Part shown: positions 30,038-39,537 of the stretch, in pieces
Numbering within the stretch: position 1 is the stretch's first letter
Layout: the number at the start of each line of letters is the position of its first letter
From: Candidatus Bathyarchaeia archaeon
GTDB lineage: Archaea; Thermoproteota; Bathyarchaeia; Bathyarchaeales; Bathycorpusculaceae
DNA: 44,968 nt
Assembly (NCBI GenBank): GCA_038882655.1
Contig: JAVZNT010000005.1
Location: 1-44,968, forward strand
Reading direction: 5' to 3'
The notes under the pieces: model-generated
What the model was told of the DNA's origin: nothing
Databases searched by the model: none
Seen by the model: the letters and a program-made list of their open reading frames with translations, nothing else
Program-made: the position numbers and the translations under genes

Positions 30038-30925
30038 TTAAACGCTTTTAAGTCGCGGTCCCCTGCCCTCTACTTCGTAGGGAAGCCTATCAGTTCTAAA
30101 GACGACGAGTTTATCTTCAAACTCTGCCAAATAAGCTAGAACAAGGCGTTTTCCCTTATCCGTTAGGGCATAAACAGGTATTGTTACGCCCAATTGCAAC
30201 AGTGCTTTTTTGCCTGTTTCCTCTCGAAGTATTTTCGAAGCGCTGGCACACACAACATCCGCCTTAGCTATGTACTCCACGTCCGCCTTGCCGATACATG
30301 TGTTGCAAACGGAAAAAATTAAAACGTCAGCTTTTGTATCAGCCTCAACTTTTCTAATCTCGTTTATGGCTTTCGATTGAAAACCAGCAACGCTTACAGC
30401 AACCCGCCTAAATCCAAAATCTAAAGCCCTTTTCACCCCGCTAACTTGGTCAATTGAGGCTGATGCCTCGTCAAGAACTATTCCACCGTCGTCTTTGATT
30501 TTTCGGATTATTTCCAGTATTGGCGAAGTCCTCACTATTCCAGTTAGGCGGGCGCCGATGGCTTGCACAAGCCTCCCATTAGAAGTTATTACTGTGCCAG
30601 CGCCTTCACAAACAATAACCGCGCAATCGATAAGTTTCTTTTCAAGCCATACCCGCATCATCTCGGAAGCCCCATAAGCCACAATTGGCTCATCGTTGAA
30701 GGCGCGGTTTCCACAGCAAAAGCCAAAACCAGCAATCTTCATTTCAACGCTTTTTCGCACAGCCTCAACGTCAATCTTTTTCGTGCCGTAAAGAGCTTCA
30801 TGAAGAGGGCAATACTCAATCATTGGCTCGCTTAAAACTTCTACGCCTTTTCCCGAAATGCGTACGCGGGCGCCGCAGCAGTATATTTCATGCTCGCCCT
30901 CAACACGCATAACACTAACACTCAC
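30038..30925 (-). CDS. DUF2099 / methanogenesis marker protein 8 homolog
   Basis: EP.IEYCPL, GASE, VIVCEGAGTVI...LVQ.IG.R..G and CASASK motifs. Confidence 0.8.
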   Translation of the reverse strand: MSVSVMRVEGEHEIYCCGARVRISGKGVEVLSEPMIEYCPLHEALYGTKKIDVEAVRKSVEMKIAGFGFCCGNRAFNDEPIVAYGASEMMRVWLEKKLIDCAVIVCEGAGTVITSNGRLVQAIGARLTGIVRTSPILEIIRKIKDDGGIVLDEASASIDQVSGVKRALDFGFRRVAVSVAGFQSKAINEIRKVEADTKADVLIFSVCNTCIGKADVEYIAKADVVCASASKILREETGKKALLQLGVTIPVYALTDKGKRLVLAYLAEFEDKLVVFRTDRLPYEVEGRGPRLKSV

Positions 30926-30954
30926 TGAACAAAAGAGAATAGAGTGAACGCTGA

Positions 30955-31287
30955 TTATTCCTTGTTTGTCGCCTCGTTAATCTGCTGCTCCATCATGTGC
31001 CCGCGACAATAAACCAGCGCTTTTTTAACACCTGGAATCTTTAGGGCTTCGCGTTTTATGTCCATGGCTAGTTTGAAGGCTATGGGGCAGAAGGGACTTG
31101 AAGGAATAAACTCAACCTTAACAACACCAGGCTCTTCTTCCTTAACGCTTTTAATCATGTGCATCTCTGCAAACGTCATTCCAGTTTCTGGGTCGACAAC
31201 CTTGCCAACAGCCTCATACACTTTACTTTCCAACTCATTCAATTCTGACACATCCAAATTTTCTCGGAAATAAAGGCGAACTGCCAT
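30955..31287 (-). CDS. DUF59 / Fe-S cluster assembly (SufT/MIP18-like) protein
   Basis: VVDPETG and PSSPFCP motifs. Confidence 0.85.
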   Translation of the reverse strand: MAVRLYFRENLDVSELNELESKVYEAVGKVVDPETGMTFAEMHMIKSVKEEEPGVVKVEFIPSSPFCPIAFKLAMDIKREALKIPGVKKALVYCRGHMMEQQINEATNKE

Positions 31288-31296
31288 AATAAAAGG

Positions 31297-32829
31297 TTAT
31301 GGTTTTTTGGCAGCCAGTTTCTTCTGGTACATCCGCCAACTCAAAGCCATTGTCTGGGGATGGGAAGCCCTAACCTCGTCAAGCCTACGAACAGCAGTGT
31401 CGTGGGGTGCTCTCAAGACTTGTTCTGGTTTTTCGCGGGATTCTCTACAGATTTCCCGCATGGCCTCTACGAAGCGGTCAAGCTCCTCCTTTTCAGCGGT
31501 CTCCGTCGGCTCAATCATTAGGGCTTCCTCAACAATTAATGGAAAATAAATCGTGGGCGCATGAAACCCATAATCTAATAGGCGTTTCGCAATGTTTAGG
31601 GCTGAAACCCCAGTCTTATTCTTCAAAGGCTTAGCACTAAAAACACACTCATGCTTTCTAGGCTTCTCGCTGCCGTAGGGAAGCACCAAACCCTCAATCT
31701 CCCTAAGCTTCCGCATAACATAATTCGCATTCAAAACAGAAACTTCTGCAACCTCCTCTAAGCCTTCCCGTCCAAGACTGAGAATGTAAGAGTAAGCCTT
31801 CGACAAAACGGCAACATTCCCATAAAAGCATCTAATTTTGCCAACGCTGTGGGGCCTATCATAGTCTAAGCGGTAACGCTCACCATCAAAAACAATCCTT
31901 GGAACAGGCAGGAATTTGGCCAACTCTTCAGCAACTCCCACCGGACCAGCGCCCGGGCCTCCACCACCATGGGGTGTGCCGAAGGTCTTATGAATATTTA
32001 TGTGGACTATGTCGAAGCCCATGTCGCCTGGTCTAACCTTGCAAAGTATCGGGTTTAGGTTTGCCCCATCATAATAAAGGAGCCCGCCAGCCTCATGAAC
32101 TATTTTGGCTATTTCCTCAATGTTCTTCTCAAATATTCCAAGCGTGTTTGGATTTGTCAACATCAAACCAGCAGTTCTATCAGAAACAGCCGCCTTTAAA
32201 GCTTCTATATCTACGCAACCATCCTCGTCGGATGGAATCACAACGACATTGAAGCCAGCCATTGCTGCACTTGCCGGATTAGTTCCATGGGCAGAATCTG
32301 GAACAAGCACATCTTTTCGCTTTTCAGATTCGCCTCTCAGTTTGTGGTAGGCACGCATTAGGCAGACGCCTAAAAACTCACTATGAGCGCCAGCAGATGG
32401 TTGCAAGCAAACTTCAGCTGTTCCAGTTATTTCCGCAAGCCAACGCTCAAGCCTATAAAGGATTTCCAAAATGCCTTGCACGGTGGTCTCATCCTGGTAT
32501 GGGTGGAGCGTGCCCAATTTTGGCAGACCAGCCAAAAACTCGTTTATTTTTGGGTTATACTTCATTGTGCAGCTTCCAAGAGGATAAAGCCCCGAATCAA
32601 CACCATAATTCATCTCTGAAAGCCGAATGAAGTGGCGGACAACTTCAGGCTCTGAGAGTTCCGGAAGCCTAGGCGCATTTTTCCTCTGCAAGTTTTCGGG
32701 AATTAATGCATATAAGTCACCAACAGTCCCTTTAACATCCTCCTCAACCTTTGGCAAAGTATAGCCCGCTCGTCCAGCTTTTCCAAGATTAAATATTATT
32801 GGCTCATCCCATTGGGCTTGCTTAAACAT
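31297..32829 (-). CDS. gcvPB: Glycine dehydrogenase (decarboxylating) subunit 2
   Basis: PLGSCTMKYNP, SAHGTNPASA and HKTFGTPHGGGGPG motifs. Confidence 0.97.
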   Translation of the reverse strand: MFKQAQWDEPIIFNLGKAGRAGYTLPKVEEDVKGTVGDLYALIPENLQRKNAPRLPELSEPEVVRHFIRLSEMNYGVDSGLYPLGSCTMKYNPKINEFLAGLPKLGTLHPYQDETTVQGILEILYRLERWLAEITGTAEVCLQPSAGAHSEFLGVCLMRAYHKLRGESEKRKDVLVPDSAHGTNPASAAMAGFNVVVIPSDEDGCVDIEALKAAVSDRTAGLMLTNPNTLGIFEKNIEEIAKIVHEAGGLLYYDGANLNPILCKVRPGDMGFDIVHINIHKTFGTPHGGGGPGAGPVGVAEELAKFLPVPRIVFDGERYRLDYDRPHSVGKIRCFYGNVAVLSKAYSYILSLGREGLEEVAEVSVLNANYVMRKLREIEGLVLPYGSEKPRKHECVFSAKPLKNKTGVSALNIAKRLLDYGFHAPTIYFPLIVEEALMIEPTETAEKEELDRFVEAMREICRESREKPEQVLRAPHDTAVRRLDEVRASHPQTMALSWRMYQKKLAAKKP

Positions 32830-32835
32830 TCATTT

Positions 32836-34233
32836 TCACCTCTTTTGGACGATTTTCTTAAATGATTTCGCAAGAAGTTCAATGTCCCATTTAGAATGGA
32901 TTTCAGTCACACAGTATAGGGCTGTTTGACCAAGTTCTGGAAACTCCTTTGAAATGTCTTTGCCCCCGTGAATACCCATGTCCAGAAGCTTTTTATTAAT
33001 ATCTTTAACGCTTAAGCCAGCGTCATCAAAGTTTACGGTAAACTCCTTAAAATGCACAGATTTGAAAACTGGAGCCTTTACGCCCTCTATCTTTGAAAGA
33101 AGACGCAGGGCATAATTAGCCCTATACATTATTGTTTCGCCCAACTCCCGTAAGCCTTGAGGACCCAGCAGGGCCATGTAAACAGCTGAGGCCACAGCGC
33201 ACAAGGCTTCGTTAGAGCATATATTTGAGGTAGCCTTCTCCCTCCTAATATGCTGCTCGCGAGTTTGCAAAACCATACAGAACCCGTGCTTACTCTCATT
33301 GGTGGTGGTTGTTAGGCCTATGATGCGTCCGGGCATCTGCCTAACAAGGTTCAAGTCGTCACGACACGCGAAAATACCCAAAAGGGGGCCGCCAAAATTC
33401 ATAGGGTTTCCAAGGGGCTGAGCCTCGCCGACCACTATGTCCGCGCCATACTCGCCTGGGGGCTTAAAAACTCCAAGGGATGTCGGGTCAACACCAACGA
33501 TGAAGAGGGCGCCATGCTTGTGAGCTATGCTGCCTATCTCATCAACATGCTCCTCAACAAAGCCCAAATAGGATGGGTTCTCTATGTAAACCGCGGCTGT
33601 TCTGTCAGAAATTTTGCTTTCCAAGTCGTTTAAGTCCAATTGCCCAGTTTCGGGGTTGTAGGCTATCTTCTTTACGCCAATGTCAGCCGGTTCAGCATAA
33701 GTTTGAAGGGTTGCCCTCCTTTCCGGATGAATGATCCTTGGAACAAGTATTTCGTTGCGTTTGGTCACTCTTGAAGCCATGCGTGCCGCCTCGCCTAGGG
33801 CTGAAGCCCAATCATACATGGAACAGTTGGCAACATCCATGGCTGTTAATTCGCAAATCATGCTCTGATACTCGAAGAGGGCTTGAAGCATACCCTGCGA
33901 AATTTCAGGCTGATAAGGCGTGTAAGACGTTAAAAACTCGCTTCTTTGGACAACTTCCTTTACGGCGGCTGGCACGTAATGGGGCCAACATCCAGCGCCC
34001 AAGAAAACTGGCATGTCCTCACATGTCTTGTTCTTTGATAGTAAGGCTTCAACATGCCTTTTAACCTCAAACTCTGATAGTGCTTCGGGAAGGTTCAGTG
34101 GCTTTTTGAGGAAGTATTTTTCTGGGATGTCTGCGTAAAGTTCCTCGATGTGTTTTATGCCGATTTCCTTCATTAATTCTTTTTTGATTTCCGAGTTAGA
34201 GTTTGGAATATACGGATGACCTTTCCTTTTCAA
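32836..34233 (-). CDS. gcvPA: Glycine dehydrogenase (decarboxylating) subunit 1
   Basis: YTPYQPEISQG and TREQHIRREKATSNIC motifs. Confidence 0.97.
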   Translation of the reverse strand: MKRKGHPYIPNSNSEIKKELMKEIGIKHIEELYADIPEKYFLKKPLNLPEALSEFEVKRHVEALLSKNKTCEDMPVFLGAGCWPHYVPAAVKEVVQRSEFLTSYTPYQPEISQGMLQALFEYQSMICELTAMDVANCSMYDWASALGEAARMASRVTKRNEILVPRIIHPERRATLQTYAEPADIGVKKIAYNPETGQLDLNDLESKISDRTAAVYIENPSYLGFVEEHVDEIGSIAHKHGALFIVGVDPTSLGVFKPPGEYGADIVVGEAQPLGNPMNFGGPLLGIFACRDDLNLVRQMPGRIIGLTTTTNESKHGFCMVLQTREQHIRREKATSNICSNEALCAVASAVYMALLGPQGLRELGETIMYRANYALRLLSKIEGVKAPVFKSVHFKEFTVNFDDAGLSVKDINKKLLDMGIHGGKDISKEFPELGQTALYCVTEIHSKWDIELLAKSFKKIVQKR

Positions 34234-34288
34234 GCGTTTTCCACCGTTGAGAATTAAACACTAAACTGTTGAGCAGCCTTTAAGCTTT

Positions 34289-35062
34289 TCAATCAGCTTT
34301 TGAAAGCGTCTTCAAGACGGCGTTGATTGCGATTTTTGTGCTTTCCTTAACTGCTTCATGCTCAAAGGCTGGAAGCCAACCAGTTTCGGATAAAACATCC
34401 GATATGACTTGCACAGAAGCTGCCTTAACGCCTCGATATTTTGAAACTGCAAAAATGGCTGACGTCTCCATGTTTACGGCCAAAACACTGGCCCTCTTAA
34501 ATTTGAGTAATTTGCCGCGGGTTTCCCTATAAACACCGTCCGTTGACCAAACCATGCCACAACAGTATTTGACGTCATCCGCGTTTAGCTGCTTGAGTAG
34601 CCTGTTCCTCAAATCTTCAGAGGATTCAACTTTCACTTCGGGCGGAAAATAGTGGTGCGATGTTCCTTCATCCCGTATTGCCTCGGTCACTACAATAATG
34701 TCGCCTGGTTTTAGGAACTGCTGCAAGCCCCCAGATAACCCAACCTCGAATATTTCCTTTGCACCACAAGCAATTACCTCTTCTAATGTTGTTGCGGCAG
34801 CTGGTGCGCCAATCCAGAAACGCCCCAGCCCGACTTCCACATCATTGAATTTTCCCACACAGAAGGGCTGGTTTTCTCCATAAATCCACCATTCAATGAA
34901 TTTGCCGTTGATAAGGTACTTTGCATATTCGTAGGCGCTGTTCTGGTACGTGATTAAAAGGCGTTGGGGAACTTTTATTGTGCTTATGGGAAGCTTTTTA
35001 ACTTCTGCTACATAGCGAATAAAATCTTGCGGTGTGAAAATTGGCTCATCTTCTCTGTTCAA
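34289..35062 (-). CDS. Nucleoside phosphorylase (PNP/UDP family)
   Basis: IGAP, AIRDEGTS.HY, STD..YRET and VNMETSA motifs. Confidence 0.88.
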   Translation of the reverse strand: MNREDEPIFTPQDFIRYVAEVKKLPISTIKVPQRLLITYQNSAYEYAKYLINGKFIEWWIYGENQPFCVGKFNDVEVGLGRFWIGAPAAATTLEEVIACGAKEIFEVGLSGGLQQFLKPGDIIVVTEAIRDEGTSHHYFPPEVKVESSEDLRNRLLKQLNADDVKYCCGMVWSTDGVYRETRGKLLKFKRASVLAVNMETSAIFAVSKYRGVKAASVQVISDVLSETGWLPAFEHEAVKESTKIAINAVLKTLSKAD

Positions 35063-35082
35063 CTCAAAGCCTCACGTAGACT

Positions 35083-35595
35083 TCAGTATTGTATGCCTTT
35101 TGTTGTAACCATTTCGGCTGGATGCTTAATGTCAACAATCTCGTTAACGAACTCAGCTCTATCAATTAACTCTTTGGGAGCATACCGCCCAGTTAAAACA
35201 ACATCTGTTTTCTTCGGAATTTTTTCTAAAAATTCTAAAACCTCTTTTACATCTAAAAGTTTGCAGTGCAGTGCCAAATTAATCTCGTCCAAAACAAGCA
35301 GGTGGGGCTTTTTCTCCCTAACAATTTTCTCTGCAAACTTCAACGCTTTCTCAGCCAGTTTCTTGTCTTCTTCGCCTAGATTGCTTAATCCATGCCAGCC
35401 CTTGCGTCCAAACTGGTATATCTCATAGTAGGGGGCTAGCATCTTCCTAACTTTATATTCTCCGGTGTTTTTCCACCATTTCAAAAACTGAATTATGACC
35501 ACCTTGTGCTTGTGACCGATGGAACGCAAGGCTAAGCCTAAAGCGTTTGTTGTCTTTCCAGCGCCGGTTCCAGTGTATAGGTAAATGTAGCCCAA
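35083..35595 (-). CDS. cobO: Cob(I)alamin/cobyrinate adenosyltransferase (CobA/CobO/BtuR)
   Basis: YTGTGAGKTT.ALG, QFLK, LDEIN and VLTGR motifs. Confidence 0.92.
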   Translation of the reverse strand: MGYIYLYTGTGAGKTTNALGLALRSIGHKHKVVIIQFLKWWKNTGEYKVRKMLAPYYEIYQFGRKGWHGLSNLGEEDKKLAEKALKFAEKIVREKKPHLLVLDEINLALHCKLLDVKEVLEFLEKIPKKTDVVLTGRYAPKELIDRAEFVNEIVDIKHPAEMVTTKGIQY

Positions 35596-35683
35596 ACAAT
35601 TTCCCGTCCATTATGTTTAATTGTTTTGATGTATTAAGTTTTAAATAGAATGATTTCTTTCATGTTTCTTGGAGCACTAACCA

Positions 35684-36094
35684 ATGAAATATGACTATGA
35701 AGCGCTGCTGAAAAGGGCGCGTTCCCAACTTCCAGAAGTGACTTCAAAACGGGAGAGACTGGAAATTCCAAACATCCACTACACGGTTGTGGGCATGCGC
35801 ACAATAGTGCACAATTTTAAAGAAATTGCTGAAGCATTGAATCGCGATCCACAGCATATTTTAAAGTTTCTGACGGGGGAGTTGGCGACAGCAGCAATAA
35901 TGCAGGAATCACGAGTTATTTTTCAGGGCAAGTTCCCAAGAGAAACCATTGAGAGGCTTCTCCAAAGGTATATGGAAACCTTTGTCACATGCCCCGTATG
36001 CAAACGCCCAGACACAAAAATCGTGAAGGAGAAACGCCTATCCTTCCTTGTATGCGAGGCTTGCGGCGCAAAATCCTCTGTCAGACACTTGTAA
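35684..36094 (+). CDS. eif2b: Translation initiation factor aIF-2 beta
   Basis: YEALL.RA, NF.EIA..LNRDP; CPVCKRPDT...CEACGA Zn ribbon. Confidence 0.95.
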   Translation: MKYDYEALLKRARSQLPEVTSKRERLEIPNIHYTVVGMRTIVHNFKEIAEALNRDPQHILKFLTGELATAAIMQESRVIFQGKFPRETIERLLQRYMETFVTCPVCKRPDTKIVKEKRLSFLVCEACGAKSSVRHL

Positions 36095-36107
36095 GAGTGT
36101 TTGAAAG

Positions 36108-36404
36108 TTGAAATGCTACATGAAAATCCGGAAAATCGGCAACAACGTACTGTTGTCCATCTGCGATACCGAAATTCTTGGAAAAACACTGCACGAGGGA
36201 AAAATAGTCTTCCGCGTAACAGAAGAGTTCTATAAAGGCGCGGAGGTGGAGCTTGAAGAAGCCATAGCCATGATAGAAAGCTCAACCATCGTCAACATGA
36301 TTGGAAAAAACATCGTGCAAAAAGCTATTGAAAGAGGTTACGTCCATCCAGAGGCTATTTTAAATATAGAGGGCGTTCCGCACGCGCAGATAGTGAAGCT
36401 TTAG
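36108..36404 (+). CDS. DUF424 family protein
   Basis: ICD.EILGK, EEFYKG and N..G...V..AI..G motifs. Confidence 0.88.
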   Translation: MKCYMKIRKIGNNVLLSICDTEILGKTLHEGKIVFRVTEEFYKGAEVELEEAIAMIESSTIVNMIGKNIVQKAIERGYVHPEAILNIEGVPHAQIVKL

Positions 36405-36502
36405 TTTTCTAGGCTTTTGTGTTAAGCATACATGCTTTTAAGGGAGAAGCGTGCTTCTTTATAAGAGAAGTCTGTTTAAGGCTGATGCTTTGAGGTGCTT
36501 GG

Positions 36503-36808
36503 TTGGGAAAGAAAAAGGTCATAAGCGAGGAAGAATTAAGCGAGATGGTGTTACCGTCTGGAAGCGATGTTTTAGGCGTAGCCGTTAAACTTCTCGGTTT
36601 TGACCGTATACTTGTTAAGTGTCAGGATGGAAATGAGCGGTTATGCCGTATAAGGGGTAAGATGAAGAGACGGGTTTGGATTCGCGAGGGAGATGTTGTT
36701 CTAGTTTCTCCATGGGATTTTCAGTCTAACATTCGCGGAGACGTTATTTGGCGTTATACCCATGCGCAGGCGGAGTGGCTCCGCAAGAAGGGTTATTTGA
36801 CGATTTAG
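36503..36808 (+). CDS. eif1a: Translation initiation factor aIF-1A
   Basis: LCRIRGKMKRRVWIREGDVVLVSPWDFQ. Confidence 0.96.
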   Translation: MGKKKVISEEELSEMVLPSGSDVLGVAVKLLGFDRILVKCQDGNERLCRIRGKMKRRVWIREGDVVLVSPWDFQSNIRGDVIWRYTHAQAEWLRKKGYLTI

Positions 36809-36809
36809 G

Positions 36810-37622
36810 ATGTGGATTGTGGGTTTGGCTTTTCGAGAGCGTGTTGAGAAGAAGCTCCGCGAAGAGGAAAAAGAATACGAAGTTGAACAGTTGATGAAGG
36901 AGAAGCGTAGCGAGGAATATGAGGTTTTAGAGGAGGTTTTTGACCGCTCAACCCTCATGGTCATATACGACTTCATGAACGGCGGCACAATAGACAGAAT
37001 CTACGGCGTTGTAAAAGCCGGGAAAGAGTCCCGCGTTTACTGGGGCAAGGACAAGGCTGGAAATGAGTTAGCAATAAAAATCTACCTAACAGTTTCCGCC
37101 GAATTCAGAAAAGGAATGCTCAAATACATCGAAGGCGACCCGAGGTTTAAGGGCGTAAAACGCGACACGCGTTCGCTGATTTTTGCATGGGCCCAGAAGG
37201 AGTTCAAAAATCTTGAGCAGGCGTTAGCCGCAAAGGTTAGGGTGCCAAAACCCATAGCTGTAAGAAACAATGTTCTCATAATGGAGTTCATCGGGAAAAA
37301 TGGTGTAAGCGCACCGTCGATGAAGGAGCAACATCCAGAAAATCCTGAAAGAGTTTATAAAACGCTTATAACCTATCTGAAAAGGCTTTATCAGAAGGCG
37401 GAGCTTGTCCACGGAGACTTAAGCGAGTACAACATTATGATTTGGAGGGGACGCCCAGTGCTCTTCGACATGTCGCAAGCTGTCCCATTATCCCATCCAA
37501 TGGCTAATTTTCTCTTGAACAGGGACATAGCCAACATCAACAGATTTTTCAGCCGCTTAGGCGTTAAAGTTCTTCCATCAAACGAGTTTTACAAGGTGAT
37601 TACTGGAATTGGCTCAGCCTAA
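36810..37622 (+). CDS. rio1: RIO1 family Ser/Thr kinase
   Basis: GKESRVY, AIKIY, HGDLSEYN and FDMSQ motifs. Confidence 0.95.
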   Translation: MWIVGLAFRERVEKKLREEEKEYEVEQLMKEKRSEEYEVLEEVFDRSTLMVIYDFMNGGTIDRIYGVVKAGKESRVYWGKDKAGNELAIKIYLTVSAEFRKGMLKYIEGDPRFKGVKRDTRSLIFAWAQKEFKNLEQALAAKVRVPKPIAVRNNVLIMEFIGKNGVSAPSMKEQHPENPERVYKTLITYLKRLYQKAELVHGDLSEYNIMIWRGRPVLFDMSQAVPLSHPMANFLLNRDIANINRFFSRLGVKVLPSNEFYKVITGIGSA

Positions 37623-38190
37623 CACTTTCGTGAGAATTCCAAAAGAACGTGTCGGCGTGCTAATAGGACCTAAAGGCGAGACCAAAAGGGCTATTGAAAA
37701 GATGCTTTCAGTTGAACTTCAAATAGAAAGCGACACGGGCGGCGTCACAATAACGCTGACTGAAAACGCTGAGGATCCCTCAGCCCTTTTAAGAGCAAAA
37801 GATGTTGTAACAGCCATAGGCAGAGGCTTCTCACCAGAACACGCCTTTAAGCTAATCCAAGATGAAGAAGCTGTCTTGGACATTATAGATTTGCGAATAA
37901 TTTTTGGAAGGGCAGAATCAGACATAAGGCGTGTGAAGGGGCGGATAATTGGCATGGACGGCAAAACACGGAGGATAATAGAGGAGTTAACTGACACAAA
38001 CATAGCTGTTTATGGGCACACTGTAGGCATTATTGGAAAAGTTGAACATGCCCAAGTGGCGAGGGAAGCCATTCAAATGCTGATTGAGGGGCGGCAACAC
38101 GCAACCGTCTACAAATTCCTTCACAGAAAACGCAGAGAACTTAAGAAGAGAATGCTGGAACTCTGGCAGAAACCAGAAGACATTGGATAA
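37609..38190 (+). CDS. KH-domain pre-rRNA processing protein (Dim2/Pno1 homolog)
   Basis: GVLIGPKG, AIGRGF and GRIIG.DG.TR motifs; in the aIF1A-RIO1 operon. Confidence 0.92.
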   Translation: MAQPNTFVRIPKERVGVLIGPKGETKRAIEKMLSVELQIESDTGGVTITLTENAEDPSALLRAKDVVTAIGRGFSPEHAFKLIQDEEAVLDIIDLRIIFGRAESDIRRVKGRIIGMDGKTRRIIEELTDTNIAVYGHTVGIIGKVEHAQVAREAIQMLIEGRQHATVYKFLHRKRRELKKRMLELWQKPEDIG

Positions 38191-38202
38191 AAGCCAAAGC
38201 GT

Positions 38203-39333
38203 TTAGGCTGTTTCTTTTAGGATTTTAATGTCAAATTTTAAGCCTACTTTTGCGGCTTCTTCCTTTATTTCCTTTAAGATGTTTTTATGTATTGGTATCC
38301 CTATTTTCTTCCTTGTTTCCATGGTTAGCCATGCCTTTTCGCCGGGAATCCAAATTTCGGCATCTTCCGATATCTTTGTTAGGTTTTTCACGTAAACTTT
38401 GTACTCTTCGATTCTTTCTAGGAAAGTGTCTATTGGTTTTAGCTTGCCTATGTTTATGGCTATCATGAAGTGCCCGACGTTGGCGCGTTCCGTTTCCGTC
38501 GTGTGCTTTACATTCTTGCCATAGTTGGCTCCGGTTAAAACACCACATAACAAGTCTACCACGAGGGCTAAGCCAGCTCCTTTATGTCCTCCGAAGTCTT
38601 CGCCAAGCCCGCCCAGTGGCAGCAACGTCCCCTTCTTGGCTAAAACTTCTTTTGGGTCTTCTAGAAGTTTGCCTTCGGGAGACATAGCCCAGCCTAATGG
38701 TATTTTCTTCCCTTCTTTAGCGTAAACTTCAATCTTTCCTATTGGCACGACGCTTGTTGCTGCATCAAACAGCACCGGCGGCGGCTTTTTTGTTGGAAAG
38801 CCCACGGCTATGGGGTTTGTGCCAACGTTTCTACCAACAGAATGTGTGTAAGCCACTAGGGCTTCCGAGTTGGTCATCACCATGCCTATCATGTTGCACT
38901 TAACAGCTTGAAGCGCATAATAACCAGCTATGCCAAAATGGTGGCTGTTTCTGACTCCCACGACTGAAACGCCCAGCTCACCAGCCTTTTTAACGGCTAC
39001 TTCCATAGCCTTGTAAGCAACCACTTGACCTAGCCCAGAGCCCCCGTCAACCAGCGTTGTTGAGGCTGATTCGCTTACAACCCTAATGGTAGGTTTTGGG
39101 TTTACAGAGCCCACTTGAATGCCCGTGGTGTATCTTCTAAGCCTCTGCACCCCATGGCTTTCAATTCCCATAAGGTCAGCAGTCACAAGCACATCGGCAA
39201 CTATCCGCGAATCTTTTTCAGGCACGTTGTAGGAGGTTAAGACGGCAGCAACAAAATTTTTCAAGGATTCATGGCCAACCCTAACGTACTCTTGTGGCGG
39301 GATTGGGACAGTCTTCTCATATAGCCGTGCCAA
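38203..39333 (-). CDS. Ldh_2 family (malate/L-lactate/sulfolactate-type) oxidoreductase
   Basis: G.ESHG, NSHHFG, GTNPIA and GGHKG motifs. Confidence 0.9.
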   Translation of the reverse strand: MARLYEKTVPIPPQEYVRVGHESLKNFVAAVLTSYNVPEKDSRIVADVLVTADLMGIESHGVQRLRRYTTGIQVGSVNPKPTIRVVSESASTTLVDGGSGLGQVVAYKAMEVAVKKAGELGVSVVGVRNSHHFGIAGYYALQAVKCNMIGMVMTNSEALVAYTHSVGRNVGTNPIAVGFPTKKPPPVLFDAATSVVPIGKIEVYAKEGKKIPLGWAMSPEGKLLEDPKEVLAKKGTLLPLGGLGEDFGGHKGAGLALVVDLLCGVLTGANYGKNVKHTTETERANVGHFMIAINIGKLKPIDTFLERIEEYKVYVKNLTKISEDAEIWIPGEKAWLTMETRKKIGIPIHKNILKEIKEEAAKVGLKFDIKILKETA

Positions 39334-39401
39334 TTATAAGCCCTCAGAAAACTATTATGCATGTTTAGGAATTTTACATTTGCCATCTAAGCCGATAAAA
39401 A

Positions 39402-39472
39402 TTATGGGCGGGCTCCCGCACTCAAGATCCCAATCATTTTTCAGCGGGGCCAGAGTCGTCATCGCCCACCAT
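39402..39472 (-). ncRNA. Putative K-turn / C/D-box-like small RNA
   Basis: GC-rich island in an AT-rich spacer; terminal stem GTGGGC/GCCCGC; C-box-like ATGACGA; D' CTGA; C'-like ATGATT; TATA-like TTTTTATT about 25 nt upstream; T-tract downstream. Confidence 0.55.
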
Positions 39473-39537
39473 CAAAACTAAATTGCTTGACTTGAATAAA
39501 AAGTTATAGCTGAAACCTTGTTAGCTGTTGAAGAGCT

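Noticed and set aside
30038-30925. Inferring methanogenesis from marker protein 8
   Set aside because: There are no mcr or mtr genes in the window, and a single marker family is insufficient
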